DNA of 64,000 bases from Candidatus Margulisiibacteriota bacterium (lineage in GTDB: Bacteria; Margulisbacteria; WOR-1; JAKLHX01; JBAZKV01), in NCBI GenBank assembly GCA_041650635.1, contig JBAZKV010000004.1:534-64533 (forward strand). The letters are read 5' to 3'. Positions 10,000-20,554 of this stretch are shown here, piece after piece. The notes below the pieces were generated by a model that saw only the letters and a list, made by a program, of their open reading frames with translations, did no database searches and was not told the origin of the DNA. How positions within the stretch are numbered: position 1 is the first letter of the stretch; every line of letters begins with the position of its first letter. A program made the position numbers and the translations under genes.

Positions 10000-11141
10000 C
10001 AGATCTTCCCCTTTAATTCGTTGTTTATTATCTGTGCAGCAAGCTTGACCGCCCCCGGAGAACCGAATTTTTTCAGCGCCTTTGCATACCCAGCCCGCAT
10101 CTTTGCGGCGCTTTCCTTGTCGGTAAGCAGCTCGACAGCCTTTGCCGCAAGGTTTTGAGGGGTGGCCCTGTCCTGAACAAATTCGGGGATAACCTCGGAG
10201 CCGACAAGCAGATTGGTCATAGAATAGTAGGGGAGGCGTACCTTTAAGATCTTTTTGCCGATGAACTCGGAAACGGCGGATATTTTATAAGCCATTACCA
10301 AGGGAGCTCCAAGGATGGTCCCTTCCATTGTAATTGTCCCTGATGCCGCCAGCGATACATTTGCCGCGCTTAATATGTCATGGCTTTTGCCCTGCACCAG
10401 GCGGAGCCCGGAGAGCCAGACAAGTTTTTTTATCTCTTTTGAGAACTGGCCGCTTGATACAGATAGAACGAATTGGGCGTTCGGCACCCTAGACCTTATG
10501 ATCTCACAAGCTTTAAGAAACACCGGGAGCAGTCCTCTGATCTCATGCAGCCGGCTTCCCGGGAACAGGCCTATTATAGGGAAATTGGGATTAAGCGAAA
10601 ACGCCCTGCAAAAATCGGCTTTGTCCAGGGACAGCTTAATGGTGTCAAGATTAGGATTCCCTATATAGTCCACAACAGCCCCCGCTTTCCTATATTCCTC
10701 CGCCTCCCGCTCAAAGATAGCAAGGATCCGGTCCAGAGTTGATGCAACGCTCTTGACCCCTTTTGAGGTCCCCCAGAGCCATTCCTGAGGGGCAATATAG
10801 TAGATGGTCCTTACCCCCATTTTTTTCGCGTATTTTGCAAGCAGCATGTTAAAGCCCTGATAGTCCACCAGAAGCAAAAGATCGGGCCTTTCCCTTTTCA
10901 GGACCGCCCTCATCTTAAAATAAGCCAGTATTATGGAAGGAAGGAACCGGATCACTTCGGTTATGCCTACGGTGCCTTTTGAACTCAGGTCCAGGAGTGT
11001 TTCTACTCCGGCGGCGCGGCATCTTTCCCCGGCCATCCCGAACAGTTTTACGGAAGGATTGAGCTTAAGAAGCTCCGCGGCCAGAAAAGAGGCGTGAATG
11101 TCACCGGACACCTCTCCGGTGCTGAGCATGACCTTGATCAT
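9999..11141 (-). CDS. lpxB: Lipid-A-disaccharide synthase
   Basis: The protein from the internal Met (MIKVMLSTGEVSGDIHASFLA...) onward is collinear with LpxB (GT19). The ORF-track N-terminal extension overlaps the upstream gene and was trimmed. Confidence 0.9.
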   Translation of the reverse strand: MIKVMLSTGEVSGDIHASFLAAELLKLNPSVKLFGMAGERCRAAGVETLLDLSSKGTVGITEVIRFLPSIILAYFKMRAVLKRERPDLLLLVDYQGFNMLLAKYAKKMGVRTIYYIAPQEWLWGTSKGVKSVASTLDRILAIFEREAEEYRKAGAVVDYIGNPNLDTIKLSLDKADFCRAFSLNPNFPIIGLFPGSRLHEIRGLLPVFLKACEIIRSRVPNAQFVLSVSSGQFSKEIKKLVWLSGLRLVQGKSHDILSAANVSLAASGTITMEGTILGAPLVMAYKISAVSEFIGKKILKVRLPYYSMTNLLVGSEVIPEFVQDRATPQNLAAKAVELLTDKESAAKMRAGYAKALKKFGSPGAVKLAAQIINNELKGKI

Positions 11142-11145
11142 GGTC

Positions 11146-12459
11146 CTAAATTCCCAGTTCGGGCAGGTCCGGCAAAAGCAGGTCGTCGTTGTCCGAGGCC
11201 TCCATTTTCTTAAGGATGCCGCGGTCGGTTTCCTGCTCAAGGAACTCTATAAGATAGGAGATCTCCGGATAAGACACATTGAGTTTTTTCTTCAATTCAA
11301 AAATTGCCTGGGTCAGATTGAGCCCCGACTTGAACAATATTTTAAAAGCCTTTTTAAGTTCGTTCTGTGATTCTGCGCTGACCCCCCGGCGCATCAGTCC
11401 AACCGAATTAAGGGCCCTGACCTGCATTGGGTTGCCTTCTGCCAGCATGAAGGGCGGAATGTCCTTGGCTATCCTGGAATTTCCTCCTATCATTGCCATT
11501 TTACCTATCCTAACGAACTGATGTATGGTGGTCATGCCTCCGATGATAGCGTAATCATCTATCTGCGCATGGCCCGCCATGGCCACATAGCCGGCTATGA
11601 CCACATTGTTCCCTATATTTGCGTTGTGAGGGATGTGGGAATAGATCTGGATCATTACATCATTGCCGATACGGGTAGTATTGCCTTCTCCAGTTGGCAG
11701 ATGTATGGTAACGAACTCCCTTATTTGACACCTGTCCCCAATGACAACCCAGCTCTTTTCGCCCCTGTATTTGTGGTCCTGCGGAGGGGTCCCTATCGTG
11801 GTGCCGTGGCTGATCCTGCAGTCCTTGCCTATCTTGGTCCACCTGGATACGACCACACTGGTGCCTATCATGGTATTGTCGCCGATCTCGACATCTTCGC
11901 CTATTATGCTATAGGCCCCGATCCTGACCCCTTTGCCGAGCTTTGCAGTTGGGTGGACCACGGCGGTCCCGTCAATTTCGATCGAGCCTTCCTGCTGCTG
12001 TGCCGGAGAGATTATGGAACACATAAGCTCTCCTTCGCAGACAGGTGCGCCGTTTACCAGCGCAACGCCTTTCATCTTTAGCAGATTTGCCCTTCCCTTT
12101 AACAGTTCGACTTCCAGCCTCAACTGGTCGCCAGGAACAACCGGCTTTCTGAACCTGACACTGTCTATTCCGGCAAAGAGCGCGACCTTCCCTTTGTTCT
12201 CCGGCTGGAGCAGCACCGCCCAGGCCCCGACCTGCGCAAGGGCCTCCACGATAAGCACTCCCGGCATCACTGGAAGGCCCGGGAAATGCCCCGCAAAGAA
12301 ACTTTCGTCAAAAGTAACATTCTTGATGCCAACCGCCCTTTTTCTAGGCTCATGCTCTATTATCTTGTCTACGAGCAGGAACGGATGGCGGTGGGGAAGC
12401 GTCTTCATTATCTCAACGGTGTCTATGTTAACTTCAGGCATTAAGTATCCTTTCTGCAA
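11146..12459 (-). CDS. fabZ-lpxA: Fused 3-hydroxyacyl-ACP dehydratase FabZ (N-terminal ~150 aa) and UDP-GlcNAc O-acyltransferase LpxA (C-terminal ~280 aa)
   Basis: A single uninterrupted 437-aa ORF. The N-terminal hotdog domain reads [15 protein letters not shown]...[20 protein letters not shown]. The C-terminal part has the hexapeptide-repeat left-handed helix and LpxA tail ([48 protein letters not shown]). Confidence 0.85.
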   Translation of the reverse strand: MQKGYLMPEVNIDTVEIMKTLPHRHPFLLVDKIIEHEPRKRAVGIKNVTFDESFFAGHFPGLPVMPGVLIVEALAQVGAWAVLLQPENKGKVALFAGIDSVRFRKPVVPGDQLRLEVELLKGRANLLKMKGVALVNGAPVCEGELMCSIISPAQQQEGSIEIDGTAVVHPTAKLGKGVRIGAYSIIGEDVEIGDNTMIGTSVVVSRWTKIGKDCRISHGTTIGTPPQDHKYRGEKSWVVIGDRCQIREFVTIHLPTGEGNTTRIGNDVMIQIYSHIPHNANIGNNVVIAGYVAMAGHAQIDDYAIIGGMTTIHQFVRIGKMAMIGGNSRIAKDIPPFMLAEGNPMQVRALNSVGLMRRGVSAESQNELKKAFKILFKSGLNLTQAIFELKKKLNVSYPEISYLIEFLEQETDRGILKKMEASDNDDLLLPDLPELGI

Positions 12460-13228
12460 GCTTTGCGTTAAGCCTGTGCCCGGCCTTTTCAGAGACTATC
12501 TTGCCCTTTATTCTTTTCCCTGACAGGGCCATATCTCCCATTATATCCAGAATTTTGTGCCTTGCCAACTCGTTCGGGAACCGGAGCGGGCAGGAATACC
12601 CGTCCTTTAAGATCACGACAGCATTATCAAAAGATGCCCCGAGAGCAAGGCCGGCCTCTCTGAGCCTGTCGGCCTCTTCCAGAAAGCCAAAAGTCCTGGC
12701 AGGGGCGATCTCTTTTTCAAAATCGTCCGATAGGGCATCGAAGCTGGCCGATTGTTTTCCCACAAAAGAACCCGGGAAGTCAAGCCCGCACTCAATTATT
12801 AGCCCTTCGTAAGGAGCGGCGGTTATAGATGCGCCTTTCTCTTCAATGCGGAACTCCTTCTTTATTTCAACAAAAGGGGCGCTTATCTCCTGCTCCAGAA
12901 TGCCGGCCTCTTTTATCATTCTCACATATTCAAGCGCGCTGCCGTCAAAAGCGGGCGGCTCTGCCCCCTCAAGCTTGACATCCAAATTAGTAATGCCGAG
13001 TCCGTAAGCGGCGGATAAAAGATGCTCTACCGTAATAAAGGCGCCAAGGGAGGTCCCTCTTTGTGTACCAGTTACGGAAGGAACAAGTGCGGGAACGCGG
13101 CCGGTTTTGGAAATAAAACAGATCCCGCTGTTTTCTTTTGCCGGGAGCAGCTCGATCAGGGACTCTTTTCCACTGTGAAGCCCCGTCCCCTTGCGGGAAA
13201 CAGGGCCTCTGATGGTTTTTTGGAGCAT
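12434..13228 (-). CDS. lpxC: UDP-3-O-acyl-N-acetylglucosamine deacetylase
   Basis: A 264-aa protein starting [21 protein letters not shown], with an LpxC-like two-domain fold signature. It sits in the lipid A cluster. Confidence 0.88.
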   Translation of the reverse strand: MLQKTIRGPVSRKGTGLHSGKESLIELLPAKENSGICFISKTGRVPALVPSVTGTQRGTSLGAFITVEHLLSAAYGLGITNLDVKLEGAEPPAFDGSALEYVRMIKEAGILEQEISAPFVEIKKEFRIEEKGASITAAPYEGLIIECGLDFPGSFVGKQSASFDALSDDFEKEIAPARTFGFLEEADRLREAGLALGASFDNAVVILKDGYSCPLRFPNELARHKILDIMGDMALSGKRIKGKIVSEKAGHRLNAKLAERILNA

Positions 13229-13966
13229 CTAGAACGGGCTGGTCAAGCAGATACCTGCGCTAAAGCTCTGGGTCTCTTTGGCGTTGGGGCTGTTTGTGAC
13301 GTTCAACCCTCTGACATTGATCGAAAAAGACCTTGCCAGGTCGTACCGTAGGCCGGCGTTCAACTGGAACACGCTCTCTCCCGCAAAAGCTTCGGCCATG
13401 GCTATCAGGTTTTTTGCTCCGACAGGAGAAGTAATGCCCAGCATGCCAAGGGGCCTAAACCTGTTGTAGTCCGGGAAGTCGAACATTGCTCCAAAGTGAA
13501 GGCCTAGGCCGCTGTTAAAATACTTGGTCGCTACCATATAGACATCGGATTCCAGTGAGGAAGTCAGGTTTTCAACTCCTATGGCCATATGAAGCGCATC
13601 CCTGTCGTTTGAGCTTGCCATCCCGTATTTGATGTTGATAAAAACGCCTTCTTTGAACCTGTTGGTCACCTTTTCGGTCCTTCCGACGAATCCTAATTCC
13701 AGGCCGTTGTTCGGTCCCATATCGGCCCCAAAGTTGGCCTTATATGACCAGCTGCCGCGCAGATCGGTGCCGGAGGTTATTGCCGTAGCGGATGAATTAT
13801 CAAAAATATAGTCTATCCCAAGGTCCCAGTCCTTTGCCTTGAGCACATCTCCGGAAGGCATCCTTATAAGGCCGGTTGAGCCCGTTAGAGAAGTGGTTTG
13901 CGAGGCAAAAGAAGAAGAGCCGGTAAGGATCAGACAGGCACAAACTGCTACAAATACTTGTTTCAC
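13229..13966 (-). CDS. Outer-membrane beta-barrel protein of unknown function
   Basis: It has a signal peptide (MKQVFVAVCACLILTGSSSFA). Alternating amphipathic strands are rich in G, S, T, Y and N. The C-terminal Phe (...LTSPF) is a typical OMP sorting signal. Confidence 0.6.
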   Translation of the reverse strand: MKQVFVAVCACLILTGSSSFASQTTSLTGSTGLIRMPSGDVLKAKDWDLGIDYIFDNSSATAITSGTDLRGSWSYKANFGADMGPNNGLELGFVGRTEKVTNRFKEGVFINIKYGMASSNDRDALHMAIGVENLTSSLESDVYMVATKYFNSGLGLHFGAMFDFPDYNRFRPLGMLGITSPVGAKNLIAMAEAFAGESVFQLNAGLRYDLARSFSINVRGLNVTNSPNAKETQSFSAGICLTSPF

Positions 13967-15144
13967 TGTTTTCTCCTTTCAGATACCAGATTATATATTA
14001 GCTCGAGTTTTTTTGCAAGGACTCCGGATGAGAACTCTGCCAAAGCGTTCTTTGAAGCGTTAAGCGAAAAGGCCTTGCGCAGGTTTTTGTCTTTTAAGAG
14101 CAACAGTATCCTGTCCGAGAACTCTTTAAGAAGGGCGTCCCTGTTGCCGGAGGCCGCTGTGCTGACCAGGTATCCGTCCTGCCCGTCATGAATGCACTCT
14201 GAGATACCCTGAGCATCAAGTGCGACCGCAGGAAGCCCGCAGGCCTTTGCCTCCGCAACTACAAGCCCCTGCGTCTCGGTAGTTGAGGCAAAGACAAAAA
14301 GATCGGACGCTTTGTAATAATCTAGAACCTCCGGATACGGCTTCTGTCCGGCAAAGACAACATTTTTTGAAATGCCCAAGCCTTCCGCCATTTGTTTGTA
14401 TTCTTTTTCCAGGGGGCCGCCGGCGACGATCAATAGTAGGGGCGTATCGCGATACGCCCCTACAGGATCAAACGCACACAATACAATTTTAAATGCCTCA
14501 AACAAAAAAGGAATATTCTTTTCTTTGGAAAGCCGCCCGACATATACCAGGACAGGAGAATTTTCTGATATGCCCAACTCTTTCCTTATCCCGCAGGCAG
14601 AGGCCTTTCCCGCCAGTTCCATGTCTATTCCGGAGGCAAGGACATCAATAGGGGAGCTTACCCCAAAGCCCTCGAGATATTTTTTTGTAACGGCCGTCGG
14701 AACGATCACCCGGGCGCACCTGTTGCAAAAAGACCTTATCAAGAATGAAACGGCTTTTACCGAAAGAGCCCTGGGCAGCGGAACATTATGAAGGTATTCC
14801 GTGAACATGGTGTGGAAAGTAAACACAAAAGGTATGTTCTTTTTTCTTGCGTAACGCATCGCAAGTATCCCAAGCTGGAAGATAGAGTTTGAATGGACTA
14901 TGTCAAAGCCAAGATCAGGGATAAGGCGGGACAGAGGAACAGCGATCCTGAAACCCGGATATTTTGTCGGAAGAGAGGGGAATCTTATTATCCTGCTGTT
15001 GTTGTCCTTGTGGCCGGGATAATCCGGAGCAAAGATGTAGACCTCATGGCCCAGGGCCAGTAATTCTTTTTCAAATATCTCGATCGACCTGGTAACACCG
15101 CTGATATACGGCTTGTAAGATTCGGAAAAGACCGCGATCTTCAT
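13963..15144 (-). CDS. Glycosyltransferase family 4 (GT-B fold), embedded in the lipid A operon
   Basis: A 393-aa protein. The N-terminus (KIAVFSESYKPYISGVTRSIE) and the C-terminal E-x7-E-like region are typical of GT4/GT1 enzymes. Confidence 0.75.
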   Translation of the reverse strand: MKIAVFSESYKPYISGVTRSIEIFEKELLALGHEVYIFAPDYPGHKDNNSRIIRFPSLPTKYPGFRIAVPLSRLIPDLGFDIVHSNSIFQLGILAMRYARKKNIPFVFTFHTMFTEYLHNVPLPRALSVKAVSFLIRSFCNRCARVIVPTAVTKKYLEGFGVSSPIDVLASGIDMELAGKASACGIRKELGISENSPVLVYVGRLSKEKNIPFLFEAFKIVLCAFDPVGAYRDTPLLLIVAGGPLEKEYKQMAEGLGISKNVVFAGQKPYPEVLDYYKASDLFVFASTTETQGLVVAEAKACGLPAVALDAQGISECIHDGQDGYLVSTAASGNRDALLKEFSDRILLLLKDKNLRKAFSLNASKNALAEFSSGVLAKKLELIYNLVSERRKQ

Positions 15145-16088
15145 TTTTCCTTTTCGAGTTTCTTGATGCGCTCGAAAAGCTCCGGCAGTTTTCTTATAAG
15201 TGCCAGAATGCGGTGTTCTTTGGCATGGTCCTGGGCGGGATATCCCAAAAGCACCGACTTTTGGGGGGTGTTCTTTGTCACGCCCGCTCTGCCCATCAGT
15301 ATGCTGTCATCTCCTACATGCACATGAGGGGCCACTCCGCACTGGCCGGACATCTGGACCCGGTCTCCAACCGAAGAACTTCCCCCGAACACATTTTGAG
15401 AAGTGATGGCGCAGTTCTGACCTATCACGACATTGTGTGCTATATGGTTCAGGTTGTCTATCTTGGTGCCGCGCTTGATAACCGTTGACCCGATGGCTCC
15501 CCGGGCAATGCAATTATTGGCGTATATCTCGACATCGTCCTCGATAACCACCCTGCCTATTTGAGGGACCTTGACGAATTTCCCCCCGACCTGGACAAAC
15601 CCGAACCCGTCTACCCCTATGACGCAGCCAGAATGTATAATGCACCTTTTCCCAATCCTGGTCCTCGGGTATAGAGTGGTGTTGGGATGTATGATAGTGT
15701 CGTCGCCTATTTCGCAGTTGTCCCCGATATAAGCCAAAGGATACACTAGTACGCGTTTGCCGAGTTTTACATTTTTTCCGACAAAGGCAAGAGAATGCAC
15801 CCCGGGGCTGACCTCTTCAATAGGAGAGAACAGCCCAAGTATCTTTGCGAGCGCCATCCGTGTGTGGTCCACCCTTATAAGCGGTTTTTTAGAAGACCTG
15901 ACTTCTTTTGGTACTACGAGCGCCGAAGCGGAAGAGGCCTCTGCGGCAAGAAGCTTGTTTATCTCAAGGACAAAAGCAAGATCGCCCTCTTTTGCGTCCT
16001 CCAGAGCGGCTACCCCGGAGATCACGATAGACGCGTCTCCCGCCAGCTCGCCTTCGACAAGAAGAGCGATGTCTCCGAGCGTTTTCAC
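15141..16088 (-). CDS. lpxD: UDP-3-O-acylglucosamine N-acyltransferase
   Basis: A 315-aa protein with an N-terminal LpxD domain (MKTLGDIALLVEGELAGDA...) followed by hexapeptide repeats. Confidence 0.9.
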   Translation of the reverse strand: MKTLGDIALLVEGELAGDASIVISGVAALEDAKEGDLAFVLEINKLLAAEASSASALVVPKEVRSSKKPLIRVDHTRMALAKILGLFSPIEEVSPGVHSLAFVGKNVKLGKRVLVYPLAYIGDNCEIGDDTIIHPNTTLYPRTRIGKRCIIHSGCVIGVDGFGFVQVGGKFVKVPQIGRVVIEDDVEIYANNCIARGAIGSTVIKRGTKIDNLNHIAHNVVIGQNCAITSQNVFGGSSSVGDRVQMSGQCGVAPHVHVGDDSILMGRAGVTKNTPQKSVLLGYPAQDHAKEHRILALIRKLPELFERIKKLEKEK

Positions 16089-16089
16089 C

Positions 16090-16551
16090 TTATTTGCTGT
16101 TCAGCTTGTTTATCACCATGTCGCTGATATCCATCCCGCCGTCAATGATGACCTGCTTGTCAAGAACCAGGTCAAGTCCGAGGTTCTTTTTTACGGCTTT
16201 GACCGCGGTAAGTATGTTCTGCTGCAGCTTAGATGTCAGTTCGTCATTCAGCTTCATCAGTTTTTCTCTTTTAGGAGCCAGATCTTCCTCAAGCTTTTTT
16301 GTCAGCGATTCTATTTCTTTTTCGGATTTCTTTGAGTTCTTGGCATCTTCAAGCTTTTTCTGGCTTGCTTCGAACTCTTTCTTGAATTCCCCCTCTTCTT
16401 TGGAGAGTTGGGATTGAGCCTTGTTGGTTTCCGAATATCCCTTGAAGACCTTTTGTACGTCTATAAAGCCTATGCTGGCCGGGGCAGCAAACACCGGGGA
16501 AGACAGAACTAACACGGACAGACAGATCAATAAAGCAAATCCTTTTTTCAT
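16090..16551 (-). CDS. skp: Periplasmic chaperone Skp/OmpH
   Basis: A 153-aa protein with a signal peptide and a K/E-rich coiled coil (FKKEFEASQKKLEDAKNSKKSEKEIESLTKKLEEDLAPKREKL). It lies directly upstream of lpxD. Confidence 0.85.
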   Translation of the reverse strand: MKKGFALLICLSVLVLSSPVFAAPASIGFIDVQKVFKGYSETNKAQSQLSKEEGEFKKEFEASQKKLEDAKNSKKSEKEIESLTKKLEEDLAPKREKLMKLNDELTSKLQQNILTAVKAVKKNLGLDLVLDKQVIIDGGMDISDMVINKLNSK

Positions 16552-16577
16552 TTAATACCCTCCCTTTTTGTTAAGTA

Positions 16578-18365
16578 TTATACCATGTAATTTTTTGATA
16601 GTCGAGGCAAACGGCCTGCAGCCTTAAGATGGATCATCAGCACCGAAATATCGGCGGGCGATATTCCGGCGATCCGGGAAGCCTGGCCAACGGATACCGG
16701 TCTCAATCTGCTCAGTTTTTGCTGAGCTTCCCTTGAAAAGCCCTTAAGGGACAAAAAATCTATATCTTCGGGGATGGCAAGCTTCTCTATCTTTTTGAAC
16801 TTTTCCACCTGCCGCAGCTGGCGCTCTATATAGCCGCGGTATTTGTCCTGTATGTCTATCTGAGCCGCCACCTGAGAGGAAAGCCCCGAGGCCCTTTTTT
16901 CAACAGCGGTTTTTTTCTTTAGGAAACAGGCATATCTTTCTTTTGACAACAGCCCGATCTTGCGGCCCTTTTCCGAAAGCCGAAGGTCGGCATTGTCCTG
17001 TCTTAGGAGGAGCCGGTATTCTGAGCGTGAGGTCAGCATCCTGTAAGGCTCGTTTATCTCTTTTGTGGCAAGGTCATCTATCAGTGTGCCGATGTAGCTT
17101 TCTTCTCTTCCAAGTATGAGCGGCTTTTTCCTTTTGACCGTTCTTGACGCGTTGATGCCGGCAATGAGACCCTGAGCCGCGGCCTCTTCGTAACCGGAAG
17201 TGCCGTTTATCTGGCCTGCCAGAAAAAGACCTTTGATGCCCTTTGTCTCAAGGGAATGCTGTATTTGAGAAGGGGGGACAAAATCGTATTCTACGGCATA
17301 GCCCGGCCGCATTATCTTAGCCTTTTCCAGTCCTTTCATTGTTCTTATGAAGGCGAGCTGGACATCTTCGGGAAGGCTTGTGGCCATTCCCTGTGTGTAC
17401 ATTTCAAGCGTTGATCTGCCCTCCGGTTCGATAAAGGCTTGATGGCGCTCCTTATCAGGGAACCTCACAACTTTATCTTCTATTGACGGGCAGTACCTTG
17501 GTCCGGTCCCTTGGATCTTTCCGGAGAACAGAGGAGAGCGGTCGAGGTTCTTATTTATGATGCTGTGGGTTTCCCGGTTAGTGTGGGTAAGGTAGCAGGG
17601 CAGCTGTTTCAGTTTTGCCTGAGGATTTTTTGGGACGGCAAGGCCGTATTGTCCGTATTCCCAGATAAAGGAGAACATTTCGGTCCGCTTATCCCCGGGC
17701 TGAACGGCCATTTTTGAATAATCTATGGTCCTTCCGTCAAGCCTTGGGGTAGTCCCCGTCTTGAGACGCCCAAGCTTTAGCCCCAGGGACATCAGATTTT
17801 CGGACAGACCTTTTGACGCAAATTCCCCTGCCCTGCCCGCTTCCATATGGCGCATGCCGACATGAATAATGCCGTTCAAAAAAGTGCCGGTGGCCAGAAT
17901 AACGCAAGGGGCCGTATAGATGACCTGCATATTGGTCTTAACGCCCTCGACCCTGCCGCGCTTTACCAGGATTTCTGTGACGATGCCCTGCTTGAGTTCA
18001 AGGTTTTTCTGTCTTTCAATGGTGCTTTTCATCTGGGAATGATAAAGGAGTTTGTCCGACTGGGCGCGGAGGGCCTGCACTGCCGGCCCTTTGGCGGTGT
18101 TAAGCATTTTCATCTGCAGGTAAGTTCTGTCGGTGGCTATTCCTATTTCGCCGCCGAGAGCGTCAACTTCGCGCACCAACTGGCTTTTGGCCGGGCCTCC
18201 GACGGCAGGATTGCACGGCATATTGGCTATCGTGTCAAGATTTATGGTCAAAAGGAGTGTGTCGCATTTAAGCCGTGCCGCGGCCAGGGCGGCTTCGCAG
18301 CCGGCATGCCCTGCTCCGATAACAATGACATCATATGGTTCATTATGTTTGACCGCCCTAGTCAT
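16578..18365 (-). CDS. mnmG: tRNA uridine 5-carboxymethylaminomethyl modification enzyme MnmG (GidA)
   Basis: A 595-aa protein with the N-terminal FAD motif [20 protein letters not shown] and a conserved GidA core. Confidence 0.97.
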   Translation of the reverse strand: MTRAVKHNEPYDVIVIGAGHAGCEAALAAARLKCDTLLLTINLDTIANMPCNPAVGGPAKSQLVREVDALGGEIGIATDRTYLQMKMLNTAKGPAVQALRAQSDKLLYHSQMKSTIERQKNLELKQGIVTEILVKRGRVEGVKTNMQVIYTAPCVILATGTFLNGIIHVGMRHMEAGRAGEFASKGLSENLMSLGLKLGRLKTGTTPRLDGRTIDYSKMAVQPGDKRTEMFSFIWEYGQYGLAVPKNPQAKLKQLPCYLTHTNRETHSIINKNLDRSPLFSGKIQGTGPRYCPSIEDKVVRFPDKERHQAFIEPEGRSTLEMYTQGMATSLPEDVQLAFIRTMKGLEKAKIMRPGYAVEYDFVPPSQIQHSLETKGIKGLFLAGQINGTSGYEEAAAQGLIAGINASRTVKRKKPLILGREESYIGTLIDDLATKEINEPYRMLTSRSEYRLLLRQDNADLRLSEKGRKIGLLSKERYACFLKKKTAVEKRASGLSSQVAAQIDIQDKYRGYIERQLRQVEKFKKIEKLAIPEDIDFLSLKGFSREAQQKLSRLRPVSVGQASRIAGISPADISVLMIHLKAAGRLPRLSKNYMV

Positions 18366-18407
18366 CTTACTCTAAAGTTTAGCACAGTCGTAAGGTTTTA
18401 GATGAGG

Positions 18408-18776
18408 TCAGCCCTTGAAGAACAGCCAGTTCTTTTTTTGCCCCTTTAGCCTTACAAGAACATATCTGCCGGACAACCTTTCCCCTTTTATGTCCACCAC
18501 AATGCGGTCCTTTTCGAACTTTTCCGCCTCGTAGGAACCTTTATCCCATATTTCGACCTTTCCCGCCCCGTAATTTCCTTCCGGAATGATGCCTTCGAAG
18601 TTCTCATAGCCAAGTTCGTGATCTTCTACCTCAACCGCCAGCCTCTTTGTCCCGGCTGAGAGAGGAGGCTCTTTAGGGACCGCCCAGCTTTTTAAGACGC
18701 CGTTATGTTCCAGGCGAAGGTCATAGTGAAGATGAGAGGCGTGGTGTTTTTGAATTACATAGATCAGGGTTTTCAT
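18408..18776 (-). CDS. Stand-alone LigD-type 3'-phosphoesterase (PE) domain protein
   Basis: A 122-aa protein with HYDLRLE...LKSWAVPKEP, matching the LigD polymerase/ligase N-terminal phosphoesterase motif. Confidence 0.75.
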   Translation of the reverse strand: MKTLIYVIQKHHASHLHYDLRLEHNGVLKSWAVPKEPPLSAGTKRLAVEVEDHELGYENFEGIIPEGNYGAGKVEIWDKGSYEAEKFEKDRIVVDIKGERLSGRYVLVRLKGQKKNWLFFKG

Positions 18777-19411
18777 AAATTACAGCTAGGACATAATTTG
18801 CATACCGGACAGATCTCACACTTTGGTTTTTTCGCGTCGCAGACGGTTCTGCCGTGGCGGACCAGAAGATGGTTTATCTTTCCCCACAGGTTTTTTGGAA
18901 AAAGCTCCATGAGGTCATTTTCAACCTTTACAGGGTCGCTATGTTTTGAGAAGCCGAGCCTTTTTGAAAGCCGAAGCACATGGGTGTCCACTGCGATGCC
19001 GACATTTATTCCGTATCCGTTTGAAAGAACAATATTTGCCGTCTTTCTGGCAACACCGGGGAGGGTTTTGAGCTCTTCCATAGTCTTCGGCACTTTTCCT
19101 TTGAAGTTTTCAAGGATCCTCTGCGCCGCCCCCTTAATATTTTTTGCTTTGTTGCGGTAAAAACCGGTTGAATGAACATATTTTTCCAGTTCCGGAAGTT
19201 TTGCCTGTGCCAGGTCCTTTATTGTCCTATATCTGCTAAAAAGGGCAGGGGAGATCTTATTGACCTGCTTGTCGGTTGACTGGGCGGAAAGGATCGTGAC
19301 CACCAAAAGCTGAAAAGGGGTTTTGTATTCAAGAGCTATTGTTGCCTTGGGATAGGTTTTTATAAAAATTGCGATGAGTTTATTTGCCCTGGGCCTTGAA
19401 TACAGAACCAT
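18773..19411 (-). CDS. nth: Endonuclease III
   Basis: An HhH-GPD fold (LPGVARKTANIVL) and a C-terminal 4Fe-4S cluster motif (CDAKKPKCEICPVCKLC). The start was trimmed to the internal Met at 19411, because the upstream extension carries no homology. Confidence 0.88.
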   Translation of the reverse strand: MVLYSRPRANKLIAIFIKTYPKATIALEYKTPFQLLVVTILSAQSTDKQVNKISPALFSRYRTIKDLAQAKLPELEKYVHSTGFYRNKAKNIKGAAQRILENFKGKVPKTMEELKTLPGVARKTANIVLSNGYGINVGIAVDTHVLRLSKRLGFSKHSDPVKVENDLMELFPKNLWGKINHLLVRHGRTVCDAKKPKCEICPVCKLCPSCNL

Positions 19412-19472
19412 TGTTGATAGATTATAGCACCCCTGTGAAATTGGGGGCAAAAACATCCGACGAACTGACAGA

Positions 19473-20522
19473 ATGGCAAAAATACTGACACGAGCCGAAA
19501 CTCCGTTTATTAAGTATGCGGAGAGGCTGTGCGAGAGGATGGAGACCAAGGGAGGGGAGAGAAAAGTTGATCTTTGGATAAACAGAGAAGCCCTGCCATA
19601 TCTGGGGAAAAGAGACATAAGGGCTATCGAACAAACAGTATCGATCAATCATGAAGTTGCAGATAATGTGAGAGCGCAGTGGTTGCCTTTGGAGCCCGCT
19701 AAAGCATGGTTTGAAGGTTCCTGGATAAAAGGGCATATGTTTGACGCAACACAACCTATAACTATACATACTGGAGACGGAGATGTCCCGTTCAATATGA
19801 AAGCCGACAGCTCCGGGATGTTTCACAGATACCAGGACGCGGGTATGCCGCAGGGAGGAGACGCTCTTTACGAGGCTGTCAATGAATTTGTCAAAACATG
19901 GGACCTGAATCGGGCTTTGGCGCGTAGCAACCGGGCCGAAACAGTTGTCACAACAAAATATCCTTTAGCATGGGGGCAGATATGGCCCGACTTTCCTTTT
20001 ATTGACCGTTTTGGAGTTGAAAAGCCTTTGGGTTTTATTGCGCTCAGCTCATGGAATTGGACCGTGAGAAGAGGCTGCCCTAGCACAAGCAAGATAGTGG
20101 CTTCTCTCGAGGCCCTTCATAATAACGGATTTGTAAAACATTCGATGCACATGGGGAATCTTTCAAGCCTGAATCGTTTTGTTGTTGTTCATGACATGGG
20201 GTATGTAATGGACTATAGGGATAATATGACATTCCCGCAAATCCTGGCGCACCAGGCGATGGACCTGCTTTATGCCATAGACAAGTGGCTGGAATACATT
20301 AAGCAATATGGACTTACTGACGCAGAGGCCGCAATATATGCCAATGATATGGTCCGCCAATATTTCAAAGGACTGAATACCGGGGCAATAACAAATCCTT
20401 TTATGGACCTGTTTGGTGTTGTCAAGGGCGCTTTTAAAGCCCCCATAGTGACCATTGACAGCCCGATCGTATCTTTGTTTGCAGAGAAGATGAGCAGAGC
20501 CGGCCTGTATGGAGCTCCGTAG
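19473..20522 (+). CDS. Hypothetical protein of 349 aa with no recognisable motif
   Basis: A long uninterrupted ORF with moderate-complexity composition. It lies 32 nt upstream of a PPC-domain gene on the same strand. Confidence 0.55.
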   Translation: MAKILTRAETPFIKYAERLCERMETKGGERKVDLWINREALPYLGKRDIRAIEQTVSINHEVADNVRAQWLPLEPAKAWFEGSWIKGHMFDATQPITIHTGDGDVPFNMKADSSGMFHRYQDAGMPQGGDALYEAVNEFVKTWDLNRALARSNRAETVVTTKYPLAWGQIWPDFPFIDRFGVEKPLGFIALSSWNWTVRRGCPSTSKIVASLEALHNNGFVKHSMHMGNLSSLNRFVVVHDMGYVMDYRDNMTFPQILAHQAMDLLYAIDKWLEYIKQYGLTDAEAAIYANDMVRQYFKGLNTGAITNPFMDLFGVVKGAFKAPIVTIDSPIVSLFAEKMSRAGLYGAP

Positions 20523-20554
20523 AATCCCGCCGAAATATAAATTATAATGTTTTA

